The notes: generated by a model not told the origin, from the sequence alone. DNA of 64,000 nt from Promethearchaeota archaeon (GCA_048938385.1 JBHLMG010000002.1:32001-96000); one strand, 5' to 3'. Shown: positions 27,611 to 37,287, counted from the first letter of the stretch. A program made the numbers and translations.

Positions 27611-28546
27611 ATGACCAAATCCTCCACTCCCACTAAACCTGTTGTTGTTCAAATTGGTGAGGTTACCCTTGGTGGGAATCGTGGAGAGTATCCCACAACG
27701 CTTATTCTTTCTACATTCCATAGTCGGGACCGTATCGTATCCAATCATAAGCTGGGACACTTCGATAAACGTCGAGCGACACGATACCTCAATCGAGCCA
27801 TGAATTTGAGTCAAACTACAGGGAACCCACTTATCTTGGATGTTCTGGCTGAGACTCCTAAAGCAATGGTGACATACCTAACCTATTTATCGGAAGTGGC
27901 TGAATCTGTTCCATTCCTTATTGATAGTAGTTCGTCTGCAGCTCGTCAAGCAGGAATCCAATACATTCAGGAAATCGGACGAGCTGACCTAGCGATTTAT
28001 GATGCAATCACCCATCATACGAGTGACGAAGAACTGCAAGCACTTCAAGCTGCGAAAATCCAATCTGCTATTATCCTCGCGCATAATCCCTTAGATATTC
28101 GTCCCCGAGGGCGCTTAGAAGTTCTCCTAGGTACTCCTGAAGAACCTGGTTTAATTGCAAAAGCTGAAAAAGCTCAAATTACAAAACTGCTTATTGATAC
28201 CGTCGCTTTAGACCTCGCAGGATTAAGCCTTGCAGCTACTGCCATGCGTTTGGTAAAACAAGAGCTAGGGTTTCCAGTTGGTGCCGGTTCTGCCAACAGC
28301 GTTGCACTTTGGAACCGTTCCTCACGCATTTCTCCTGCAGCGAAACGATACCTAGCACCAGCTCTTTGTACCTACCTTCAATGCCATGGGGCTAACTTCA
28401 TTTTGGCAGGGCCTTTGCGCCGAGCTCCACGATTCTTCAGCACAGTCGCAGTGACTGATGCTTTGCTTTCGTACTCAGCCCCAGACGGATCCTATCCTGC
28501 ACCTACACCAAAATCTAAACAGCATCCTCGCTATACGATAATGTAA
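27611..28546 (+). CDS. mtrH: MtrH/MtgA-like pterin-binding methyltransferase (stand-alone)
   Basis: IGEVTLGGNRGEYPTTL, TGNP, PFLIDS, LLIDT, GFPVG and GANF..GP. Confidence 0.8.
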   Translation: MTKSSTPTKPVVVQIGEVTLGGNRGEYPTTLILSTFHSRDRIVSNHKLGHFDKRRATRYLNRAMNLSQTTGNPLILDVLAETPKAMVTYLTYLSEVAESVPFLIDSSSSAARQAGIQYIQEIGRADLAIYDAITHHTSDEELQALQAAKIQSAIILAHNPLDIRPRGRLEVLLGTPEEPGLIAKAEKAQITKLLIDTVALDLAGLSLAATAMRLVKQELGFPVGAGSANSVALWNRSSRISPAAKRYLAPALCTYLQCHGANFILAGPLRRAPRFFSTVAVTDALLSYSAPDGSYPAPTPKSKQHPRYTIM

Positions 28547-28560
28547 TGCCCACAGCTTTT

Positions 28561-28815
28561 TTATTTTGACTTTGAATACTCTGCCAGACTTTTTTGCTTC
28601 GTCAAAACGGGTGTTTTTGACTCATCCTGCAATTGCTTTTCTTCCTTTTCGTACTCGTCAATGAGAATTGCCCGTTCTCGCACTAGACGCGGTCGGTTAC
28701 AGCATATAGTAATACCTGAAGGAAGGACGAGTTTTGATGTTAACTTACCGTGAACGCGAATTCGCTCCCCACAATGCTTGCACCGGTAAATGGTATAGTA
28801 TTTGAACCGTGTCAC
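28561..28815 (-). CDS. Small zinc-finger protein with a PIP-like C-terminus
   Basis: YRCKHCG...CCNRP. The tail is KQKSLAEY. Confidence 0.6.
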   Translation of the reverse strand: MTRFKYYTIYRCKHCGERIRVHGKLTSKLVLPSGITICCNRPRLVRERAILIDEYEKEEKQLQDESKTPVLTKQKSLAEYSKSK

Positions 28816-28983
28816 AGTAATCCAAGCCTGCTTAAACTAATAACTCTCAGTGAGAAGGTGTTGGTTATCTTAAAATGTTAGGATTCCTCTGAGGTTCTTC
28901 ACTCAGTAAATCTAATCACTTCTGCAAATACAATTTTGAGGAAGAAAGGTTTTGAACTCTAGTTCCCACGAAGGTAAATCGCA

Positions 28984-30231
28984 ATGCAACGAGATTTAGG
29001 TAACGATTTCATCATGCGACCTGCAACAAAGGCAGATCAAAAGGCCATCGAAACTACTGTAAAGACGGTCTTTGGAAAAACAGTTAGTCCGATGATTGAC
29101 CGACTCTTTACATACCATCCAGATTTCCCCTACTCTGACCACTTCCTCATTCTTGACACGAAGAGAAAACAAGTAGCTGCATACTTCTGCTTGTCCCGCT
29201 CAACCTGTGTACTTAACGATACTGAATTCCCTGTGGGGCACATGGAACTGGTTGCAACCTTACCCGATTATCGTCACCAAGGATTCATTCGTCGCCTTAA
29301 TGAGCTCTTCGAACAACGAGCGGAGCAATATCAACTTCCCCTCCTCGTAATCATCGGAATACCTTACTTTTACCGAAACCTTGGCTATGAATACGCAATC
29401 ACATTCGGTGGAACCCTTACCTTCCCAATAGAGCTAATACCTCTACTCAAAAAGACAGAAGACGAACCCGTTACTATTGAAGAAATTACAGAAAACACCT
29501 TCAATAGATATCTCAAGGCTCGTGACTACCGGAACTCCTACCTGGATTTCTATCGTAAAATCACACTCGCTGATTACGCGTACCTCACTCACGGAAACCT
29601 TGGAGATGACTCAGTCTATCGTTTCTATGTAATGAAACGAGGACACAATCTGCTAGGATGTTTTATGCTCTCAATTGGGTGGGGCTTTGTCGAAGTAAAT
29701 GAGCTTTGGGTGGATAATCTCTCTCATGTCACCTCAATGCTACGGTTCGTGAAAGCCATAGCCAAACGACGACGATTGCCGATACGAATCTATCTACCTT
29801 CTCGACCCGCACTTAAACCTGTTCTCGAAGAACTTAGCCGATCCAAATTCACCAAGCCTTACGCTTGGTATGTTCGTATCCCATCAGTTAAGCGATTCTT
29901 GGAAACCATCAAACCAGTTCTAGAGCAGCGACTCGCTCATTCGGATTTTTCTCACCTATCTGATTCAATTCGTATTGGCTGGTATCGTGCAGGTATAGAG
30001 ATTGTTTTCAAAGATGGAACGATCCAGGAAATCAGAGAAATCAAACGTGAGGAACCCAAAGATGTTCACGCTGCCATCCCGTTTCCTGCAATTTATCAGC
30101 TGTTAATGGGATACAAAACATTTGATGAGCTCTATCAGCTTTACCCCGACGCTGGTGGGCAGGCAATGAAACTGGCTCTCATTCAGGAACTTTTTCCGAA
30201 AATTCGTGCTCAACTTACACCTGATTTCTAA
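28984..30231 (+). CDS. GNAT acetyltransferase (Eis-like)
   Basis: VATLPDYRHQG and GIPYFYRNLGYE. Confidence 0.85.
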   Translation: MQRDLGNDFIMRPATKADQKAIETTVKTVFGKTVSPMIDRLFTYHPDFPYSDHFLILDTKRKQVAAYFCLSRSTCVLNDTEFPVGHMELVATLPDYRHQGFIRRLNELFEQRAEQYQLPLLVIIGIPYFYRNLGYEYAITFGGTLTFPIELIPLLKKTEDEPVTIEEITENTFNRYLKARDYRNSYLDFYRKITLADYAYLTHGNLGDDSVYRFYVMKRGHNLLGCFMLSIGWGFVEVNELWVDNLSHVTSMLRFVKAIAKRRRLPIRIYLPSRPALKPVLEELSRSKFTKPYAWYVRIPSVKRFLETIKPVLEQRLAHSDFSHLSDSIRIGWYRAGIEIVFKDGTIQEIREIKREEPKDVHAAIPFPAIYQLLMGYKTFDELYQLYPDAGGQAMKLALIQELFPKIRAQLTPDF

Positions 30232-30248
30232 CAACCTTCTAGCGGAGC

Positions 30249-32897
30249 CTATACAAGTGGTTCTTCGGTAACTTCGGGTTTCACAGTGGTTAAAACTTGC
30301 ACACCTTGTAGAATCATACTTGCTGCTTCTAAGGCTCCATCCTTAAACAATGGTGTGTTGTTGTTACCACAGCGATACGAGAAAGTACACGCTGGACATC
30401 CTTCCATTGCTTCACAAGCACAATCTTGAATTATGATAGCGACACGGCGCCAAGCTTCCTCCAACCGGTCAAAGAGCAGTTTGGACAACCCACTACCACC
30501 TGGGCTACCATCGTAGATGAAAATCAACCCAGTTGCACCCATAGAAACACCACCCATCCCTTGACTCCCTCCGCCTGTAAGCATGTCACTACTTTCAATT
30601 AAGACATGTTCAAGGGCATGAAACCCTCCTACTGTTAGTTCCTCTTCTGTGATGGCTGTTTCTCCATTGGGCCTCGGTTGGGATGAAGGCTTTTCGAGCA
30701 GTTGCATCCAGGCTTTTACGGTCTTGATTGGCTGGGGTGCTGTAAAAAAGAAGCCCTTTGTCTGATAGGTAAATTCTAACGCTTTATCAAGGTCTTTTGT
30801 CCTCAAAACCTTGTCAGTGTAAATATCCTTGATCACATATCCCGTCACGACTTCGGTCATGCGTAAATCGGCATAATGAACAGTGAGGCCATACACTTGA
30901 CGAGAATTCAATACTCGTATAATCTCTGGGTTCACATGGCGTAAGGGCTGTGTCATTTCTCGGTGACCGGTTGGCAACCGTTTAACCACGGCTCGACCAA
31001 CATTGTGTCGATATTCGAACTCCAACGATTCATAGGTGTGTCCCGCATGGAGGTACAAGGCTCCAGGGTGGAGTTCTCCCATGGCAATTGGCATTTGGCG
31101 TTCACCAATGATTTTGCCTTCATGGATAATTTGTACACTGTCACCAATACCTCGAATCGAGTAATGCGCAAGAGAGCGTCGTGCGGTGATGATATCTGGT
31201 TTCAAAAAGCCATTAGATTTCCTGAGTAGCTTCTCCTCAAGTAAAAGTTGGAGAACTGTTTGAAACTCTTGAAATTCCTTCGATTTAATTGGAGAATCAA
31301 GTGCAGCAGCTAAAAGTTGATGATGAGCCACAACCTCGTTCTGCGGTTCAACATATGCTGCATCGATATCGGTGAAATAGTCATCAGGGTGTTCACGGTA
31401 ATAGGTGCTAATCGCTTCGTTAGCCCGAAGCGCCAACACAGCCACACTTTCTTGTCCCTTTCGTCCAGCCCGACCAATTCGTTGAGTTAGTCGGGTGATG
31501 CCCACTAACATGGACAAAACACCATCCAGATCTCCAATATCAATCCCCAACTCCAGAGTGGGCGTAGAAACCAATAAATCCAATTCACCATTCCGGAACG
31601 CATCTTCTACTTTCTGTCGATAGCTCATGGGGAGCCCCGCTCGATGAACAGCACTGGAAAGCCGAGTTCGGCGAGCAATGAGATTGATGACTTCAGCGTT
31701 CTTATGAGTATTAGCAAAGATGAGGGTTTTGAGGTTATGACGGACTAGCTCTTGGGCGACGCTAGCAATCATGGAACTCTGACTCACCCGTTCTGGATAA
31801 AGCATCAGAAAATGTATGATACCTCTCTTCGCAGTATCACATTGAATTGGAGTGACCGATCGACCAAAGAGCAGTTCAGTGAATTCCTGCGCATTCGCAA
31901 CTGTTGCTGAAGCTCCAATGAGCTGCAACGGTGGACAAAGGCGTTGGAGGCGACGCAATAGAAAATGAACATTGGATCCAAAGGCACCCACATAAACATG
32001 CAACTCGTCTAACACAATGTGTCGGGCTGTTCGTACCAATCGACGAATAGGGTCTCTTGGTCGAATCAGATGAATGTGAAGCATATCTGGATTAGTGATG
32101 AGAATATCAGGTGGTTGTCGGAAAATCATCGCTCGCTCTGATTTAGGAGTATCGCCATCCAACACTGCTACATCTAAACCAACAGTTCCAGCGAGTTTAA
32201 CAAGTTTTCCTGCTTGGTCTCGGGCTAGGGCTTTGGTGGGATAGATGAAAATGGCTTGGACATCTCGATGTTCCGCCGCTCGAAGAGGACCCCACCCAAC
32301 ACGCCGCGTTAGAATTTGTTCAATGATGGGCAACGCAAAAGCTTCAGTTTTTCCTGTAGCGGTGGGTGCAGAAATGACGACATCCTTACCTGCCAAGATG
32401 TGATGAAAGGCTTCTTCCTGAAATTTAAACAAGGTTGTGATGCCCTGACTGCTAAGGGCTTTTTTTAATTGCTCATTTAAAGAACTGGCAGTTATCGCAT
32501 TTCCAGGTTCTGGAACCGTTTCTGGAAACTGCCGATACCGCACTAATCTGAAGCTTGGATCCGCCAAAATGCGTTGCAGGACTTCAGGCAATCGTCTTAT
32601 GTCGCTCACTCCTGCGGTTTTCAGCTGCTTCTTCCACTCAGCTCTCGATCGTGGAGGACTCGACTTAGCTTGTTCATCAGATAATTGCCTGCGTTGATAT
32701 TCTACCTGAGTCTGCTGCGCGGATTCACCTGCTTCCATAACATCCATAAATCGGAAATAGGCAGCAACAGGATCTTTTACTTCTCCGGGTTTGGTACTGT
32801 AGCTAGCATTGCACTGCGTACAACGAATCTGATAATGTTTACCCAACTCTTGAACTTCAACGAAGCCTGAGCAGTGTGGACAGATCCGGTATGTCAT
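30249..32897 (-). CDS. SF2 helicase, Hrq1/MrfA/SftH (DUF1998) family, with an N-terminal Elf1-like zinc ribbon
   Basis: TATGKT, YPTKALARDQ, TNPDMLH, DELH, SAT, LELGIDIG, QRIGRAGR, HPGALY, YDGSPGGSG and C-x-C...GCPAC...C. The N-terminus has CPHC...CTQC. Confidence 0.93.
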   Translation of the reverse strand: MTYRICPHCSGFVEVQELGKHYQIRCTQCNASYSTKPGEVKDPVAAYFRFMDVMEAGESAQQTQVEYQRRQLSDEQAKSSPPRSRAEWKKQLKTAGVSDIRRLPEVLQRILADPSFRLVRYRQFPETVPEPGNAITASSLNEQLKKALSSQGITTLFKFQEEAFHHILAGKDVVISAPTATGKTEAFALPIIEQILTRRVGWGPLRAAEHRDVQAIFIYPTKALARDQAGKLVKLAGTVGLDVAVLDGDTPKSERAMIFRQPPDILITNPDMLHIHLIRPRDPIRRLVRTARHIVLDELHVYVGAFGSNVHFLLRRLQRLCPPLQLIGASATVANAQEFTELLFGRSVTPIQCDTAKRGIIHFLMLYPERVSQSSMIASVAQELVRHNLKTLIFANTHKNAEVINLIARRTRLSSAVHRAGLPMSYRQKVEDAFRNGELDLLVSTPTLELGIDIGDLDGVLSMLVGITRLTQRIGRAGRKGQESVAVLALRANEAISTYYREHPDDYFTDIDAAYVEPQNEVVAHHQLLAAALDSPIKSKEFQEFQTVLQLLLEEKLLRKSNGFLKPDIITARRSLAHYSIRGIGDSVQIIHEGKIIGERQMPIAMGELHPGALYLHAGHTYESLEFEYRHNVGRAVVKRLPTGHREMTQPLRHVNPEIIRVLNSRQVYGLTVHYADLRMTEVVTGYVIKDIYTDKVLRTKDLDKALEFTYQTKGFFFTAPQPIKTVKAWMQLLEKPSSQPRPNGETAITEEELTVGGFHALEHVLIESSDMLTGGGSQGMGGVSMGATGLIFIYDGSPGGSGLSKLLFDRLEEAWRRVAIIIQDCACEAMEGCPACTFSYRCGNNNTPLFKDGALEAASMILQGVQVLTTVKPEVTEEPLV

Positions 32898-33019
32898 TGT
32901 TCGCTCTCGCCATTGCATAGTCTTTTAACGAATTTAAAGCCTTTAGGAGGGGCATTACGATAAGTTTGCAGATAATTTGGTTTATGGAAGTCAATGAAGG
33001 TTTGGTTCTATCTAGAGGC

Positions 33020-33493
33020 CTATTGAGCTTCTAAGATGCACAAGAGTTCTTCTTCCAAAGTCGGTTTTTGAGAAGGATTTTCGATAATTCGCCCAACTTC
33101 CTGTCCCTCTCGAGTGTAGAGCAAAATGGTGGGAATGGCTTTGATGTTGAGAGTGGACACCTCAGGTGGGCTTGGTGGGACAGCCCATTGACGATTAGGG
33201 TTCAAAGGATCTGTCTTAACCCCACCTAAGATGAAGACAGGGAGTCCCGTGACTTCGTGAACCAAATCCAAAACCGGAATGTTTGCTACACAGTCCTTAC
33301 ACCAATCGGCACTAATAGCAACCACGATATTCCTACCAGCAAAGGGTTTGAGTGCTTCGAGGATTTCTGGTTTCGGGGTATATTCTTCACGTCGCGCATC
33401 ATATTTTGGTCGGCAATCATTTGAACACTCGTGCATGTAGATCTCTATGGGTGTGGCTCGTCGCAGCATATCGTGAAATTCAGCCTGCTCCAT
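33020..33493 (-). CDS. Thioredoxin-fold protein
   Basis: WCKDC, IPT (cis-Pro) and GRIIENP. Confidence 0.85.
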   Translation of the reverse strand: MEQAEFHDMLRRATPIEIYMHECSNDCRPKYDARREEYTPKPEILEALKPFAGRNIVVAISADWCKDCVANIPVLDLVHEVTGLPVFILGGVKTDPLNPNRQWAVPPSPPEVSTLNIKAIPTILLYTREGQEVGRIIENPSQKPTLEEELLCILEAQ

Positions 33494-33517
33494 GATACTT
33501 AACCTGCTTGACTCTGA

Positions 33518-34273
33518 TTAGAGAGTAATAATTTGTGTGTCTCGGGGAACGATGATTTTACCAGAGAATGAGGATCGGATACTACGGAGGGCATCTCCTA
33601 GTTCTTCGAGAAGCTCAGGATACAAGTGCGTGATAACGAGACTTTTAACTTCAGCTTCTGCGGCAATTTGTCCAACTTCGGCAGGAATAGAGTGGTTAGG
33701 GGCAAGTTCCTTCAGTCGGTCAGGTAGCGAGCATTCATGAATCAATAAATCCGCTCCTTTAGCGTACTTAACAAGTTCCGAACTCGGTGCAGTATCCCCA
33801 GAATAGATAATTCGCTTGCCTTCTGCCTCGATCAAGAATCCGTAGGCCTCAAAGTCGCCATGATTCACAGGAAAGGTGGTAATCCTCCAATTATCTGATT
33901 GAGCCTGATATCCCGGTTCGAGAATATTGGCTTTCACTTCGATTTTTCCAAGTAGATATGGAAATATCTCACCGATCGCTTTACTCATTACAGCTAGGTG
34001 TTTGGGACCATGTACATTCAAGACCTTATCGTATCCCATCAACCACAGGCTTTGTATCAGGGCGACGACATCTGAACAATGGTCAATATGCAGATGGCTT
34101 AAAAACAAATGCTCGATCCGTGTGAGTTCAGGGAGGCTACAAGAAAGACGGTGGAGAACTCCTGCTCCCATATCAAAGATTAAAGGATCGCCACCAATTT
34201 CTATCATTAAGCCAGCCAGAACACGGTCAGGAGAGAGTATTGAAGCACCGCTACCCAGAATAGTGACTTCCAC
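33518..34273 (-). CDS. MBL-fold hydrolase, RNase Z/BN-like
   Basis: ILGSG, SHLHIDH, YSGDT, LIHE and THLYP. Confidence 0.9.
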   Translation of the reverse strand: MEVTILGSGASILSPDRVLAGLMIEIGGDPLIFDMGAGVLHRLSCSLPELTRIEHLFLSHLHIDHCSDVVALIQSLWLMGYDKVLNVHGPKHLAVMSKAIGEIFPYLLGKIEVKANILEPGYQAQSDNWRITTFPVNHGDFEAYGFLIEAEGKRIIYSGDTAPSSELVKYAKGADLLIHECSLPDRLKELAPNHSIPAEVGQIAAEAEVKSLVITHLYPELLEELGDALRSIRSSFSGKIIVPRDTQIITL

Positions 34274-34426
34274 TGAAATGACCCCACACTGCTTTTGGTG
34301 CTTACCTTATCAAGTTTACTAAATAATAAAATTCTCCCCCTCTGCCATTTTCGGTGAGAAAGGTTGAAATAGCCTTAATCAAGATAAAATGGGAGTGCAA
34401 GCTGACGTTGTCCCCAGGGGATCCGG

Positions 34427-35278
34427 ATGATACACCATATCTACATCATCGATGCACGTGATGAAATTGTAGTGGATAAAAAATTTTGGATCATCACGGT
34501 AAATGTCAAAGAAATGCAGGACTTCGCCAGTCGTGTTAAAGACGCTCAAGATGCCCTTATCGAAGAAATAGGTCCCATAAAGTACATTGGAAAACCCCTC
34601 GGGCGTGGTGTTGTTGTGTTATGTGCAGAAAGCGTCGATGATGACGATACCCTTAAGGAGAAATTAGATCGGGTGACCTACGAGTTTCGCCGTGTTATCA
34701 GCTACGAAGTTGAATACGAAGCCTTCATGGAGAATGTCGAAGACTATGTCACAACTACCTTGAAGGTCAGCATCATCGGCTATGGTGGCGTAGGCAAAAC
34801 CACCCTGGTCACCCTGCTTAATGGTGGCGTTCCCCCTACTAGTTATGTACCGACTATAGCGATTGATATCCAAAAAATCGAAGGAGCTAGGATTGGCACC
34901 TACGAAATTAGCACTTGGGACTTCGCTGGGCAGGACCGCTTTCGGAAGCTTTGGGAACTTTATTTCCGTGGAAGCCGCATCATTCTACTAGTTACCGATT
35001 CGACACTAGAGAATGTTCTTAATAGTAAAGATATCATCGACTTGATTCGACGCAAAGATATCGCTGCTCAACTCTTAGCCATTGCTAATAAACAAGACCT
35101 ACCCGGCGCCTTATCGCCTCAACTTGTTCAACGTATTCTTGGCATCAAAGCCTATGGAATGGTCGCAATTGATCCCAACAACCGGGAGAAAGCATTAGAT
35201 ATAATCAAAGAAGCGTTGAAACTCGCGGCACCAAGATTAGAGCCCGTCACACCTAAACCTGAAATGGTTTTTGACTAG
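34427..35278 (+). CDS. Longin-like domain fused to an Arf-family small GTPase
   Basis: The N-terminal MIHHIYIID... is longin-like. G1 GYGGVGKT, G2 PTI, G3 WDFAGQDRFRKLWELYF and G4 NKQD. Confidence 0.88.
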   Translation: MIHHIYIIDARDEIVVDKKFWIITVNVKEMQDFASRVKDAQDALIEEIGPIKYIGKPLGRGVVVLCAESVDDDDTLKEKLDRVTYEFRRVISYEVEYEAFMENVEDYVTTTLKVSIIGYGGVGKTTLVTLLNGGVPPTSYVPTIAIDIQKIEGARIGTYEISTWDFAGQDRFRKLWELYFRGSRIILLVTDSTLENVLNSKDIIDLIRRKDIAAQLLAIANKQDLPGALSPQLVQRILGIKAYGMVAIDPNNREKALDIIKEALKLAAPRLEPVTPKPEMVFD

Positions 35279-35284
35279 TCCCTA

Positions 35285-36235
35285 TTACCTGTAACTAAAA
35301 AACTGAGTTAGGCGTGGTCTTGACGCCTGGTAATTTTTTTCAATACGCCCACTAGCAATAAAGGCTTTCAATTGGAGAGCTTGTTCAATCCGAAAATCTA
35401 ACCCGTTTTCTGTATCTGATTTGGATTCACACACAATACTCACTTTTTCCAGGAACTGTTGCTCATACAAAACCGATAGAAACAGCCGCCATGGCACCTT
35501 ACTTCCTCCATTTAGAGGTGCATGCTGCACTTCTCCTCTCCGGTTTGCCACAATTCCCGATAAGTGTACTGGCAATCGCCACCTTTTAAGATCAATGTGC
35601 TTTTCGATTAACTCAAGCCTGTGTAAAATTCCTTCCTCTGTTGCAACATTACCACCCCGCGCGAAATCATGAGCAAAATCCCAGCAAAATAAACACCCTG
35701 CTTCACCTGCCATAAGGCAAGAGTCTTCGAAGCTGCCAAATCCCGCAACTTTCCCTGCCACTTCAGGAGCGGGTACAGCAGTTATTCCCTCTTCTTCAAT
35801 TTTCACCATTGTATCCTTCAATCTTTGGGTTACTCTTTTTTTAACGGCAACTTTACCACCTTGACGGGATCCGGGATGAAAGGTTACATGAGTCGCACCC
35901 ACCAGATCTGCCGTATGAAGGCACCGTGTCATATGCGCACGGCTAGTGCGAAGTTTACCCTTTTCAGTTGTGGTCAACGATATGGTGTATGGGCCATGAA
36001 TGCTTACATGAAAATCACGCAGCTGGTTTCCGATCATTTTGCCTCGCTCATTTGATGGATAACCTGGTAAGCCGCCTCTGGGTGTGCCTAGCACATTGGA
36101 GAGACAGAGAAGTTCAGCTGCTTCTAACTGTTCTGCGCGTAAACGGGTCGTCACTCCATTAACGGTGGTATCAGAGGTGTAGGTGTTCAAGGGGAAGGCT
36201 GCCAAGCCAACAATTGCATGAGGGGGTTTTGGCAC
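35285..36235 (-). CDS. nfo: Endonuclease IV-like TIM-barrel AP endonuclease
   Basis: SIHGPY, FHPG, PEVAGK, DFAH, HLSG, QH and CES metal ligands. Confidence 0.8.
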   Translation of the reverse strand: MPKPPHAIVGLAAFPLNTYTSDTTVNGVTTRLRAEQLEAAELLCLSNVLGTPRGGLPGYPSNERGKMIGNQLRDFHVSIHGPYTISLTTTEKGKLRTSRAHMTRCLHTADLVGATHVTFHPGSRQGGKVAVKKRVTQRLKDTMVKIEEEGITAVPAPEVAGKVAGFGSFEDSCLMAGEAGCLFCWDFAHDFARGGNVATEEGILHRLELIEKHIDLKRWRLPVHLSGIVANRRGEVQHAPLNGGSKVPWRLFLSVLYEQQFLEKVSIVCESKSDTENGLDFRIEQALQLKAFIASGRIEKNYQASRPRLTQFFSYR

Positions 36236-36336
36236 GGTTGAATCGCCTATTCCTGTCTGTCCAGAATCGCCCTTTAAGTCTGTGCAATGAGCCTTTGCTA
36301 TTTCCCTTTGTGTTATCCATAAGTTCTAATTAAGTT

Positions 36337-36350
36337 CGAAAGGTTTATAT
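36337..36350 (+). promoter_or_regulatory. BRE + TATA box for the ArsR operon
   Basis: CGAAAGG-TTTATAT matches the archaeal promoter consensus. Confidence 0.6.
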
Positions 36351-36427
36351 TTGTGAACGAATCTTTTCTATATCAGGAAGAAAAATATCTATCGTTTAGC
36401 AAACGGTTACAATCGTTAAAAAACCGA

Positions 36428-36520
36428 ATGGAGTCGATGGTTATGAAACCAGAAACTAATCAATGTTGTGTTAAAGAAAAGGTTCTAGCAGAAATCTACC
36501 GTTATCGCCGACTATGTTAG
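36428..36520 (+). CDS. Candidate small Cys-containing leader ORF (25-30 aa)
   Basis: MESMVMKPETNQCCVKEKVLAEIYRYRRLC*. It lies between the promoter and the ArsR gene, and its stop overlaps the GGAG RBS. Confidence 0.45.
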   Translation: MESMVMKPETNQCCVKEKVLAEIYRYRRLC

Positions 36521-36534
36521 GAGCTGAATCAAAG

Positions 36535-37257
36535 ATGTTTGGTCGAAAGAAAGACAAGGAAGATGAACGCCGGGAAGACAAGAGTCTCCGAGAAGAGATG
36601 CGCCGTCTCGAGGAACAGATGCGTGATCTTCGTCGCCGCCTTAAAGACGAAGGAAAAACAAGTAGGCCCGATGATTCTTGGGACGAGGATTCGAAAAGAC
36701 CCGAAGCTCCTAAAGTGCCAAAAGAACAACACTACAGAAAAGAGTTCAGAGGGGATCTTGGCGATTTTGAAGCGGACATGGCCGAATTTGGAAAACAAAT
36801 GGGTCAGTACGGCAAAGAACTTGGGGATTACATCAAAATGGTTGTTGCTGACGCAATGAAAGGTGCCAATAAGGCGATGCAACGGATTTTCATTGGACCT
36901 GATGGCGCCCGGATAAAGATTAACGATCGTGAAGTTGATCTTGGTAAAGCTGCTGAAGAACGAATTCAGCCTGTCCCTGCAGAGGAAGCTGAGCGGTTGC
37001 TAACTCCTCTAGCTAGTGGAGAACGGATTCGACTACTATATTTGCTTGCCGAGGAACCCCGGTACCACCAGGATTTAATGGACCTTTCTGGACTCAAACC
37101 CGGAACCCTTCCACATCACTTGAAGCAGCTTGAAGAGGCAGGATATGTAACGCAGGAACGAGTGCGAGGACGATACCTCATCACGATTCCCGGTCGAATG
37201 GCTCTGAAATTAGCTGAATACTTGCACTATCAGATGGAGTCAGGTATTGGAGATTAG
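36535..37257 (+). CDS. ArsR-family wHTH regulator with a charged coiled-coil N-terminus
   Basis: LASGERIRLL..L....R...DL...GL..GTLPHHLKQLEEAGYV...RGRY.IT..G. ATG 36535 follows GGAG. Confidence 0.85.
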   Translation: MFGRKKDKEDERREDKSLREEMRRLEEQMRDLRRRLKDEGKTSRPDDSWDEDSKRPEAPKVPKEQHYRKEFRGDLGDFEADMAEFGKQMGQYGKELGDYIKMVVADAMKGANKAMQRIFIGPDGARIKINDREVDLGKAAEERIQPVPAEEAERLLTPLASGERIRLLYLLAEEPRYHQDLMDLSGLKPGTLPHHLKQLEEAGYVTQERVRGRYLITIPGRMALKLAEYLHYQMESGIGD

Positions 37258-37287
37258 TCACCGACAATTGGGAGTGTGTGAAAGGTT

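Noticed and set aside
27611-28546. Evidence of methanogenesis
   Set aside because: A lone mtrH without mtrA-G or mcr does not indicate methanogenesis.
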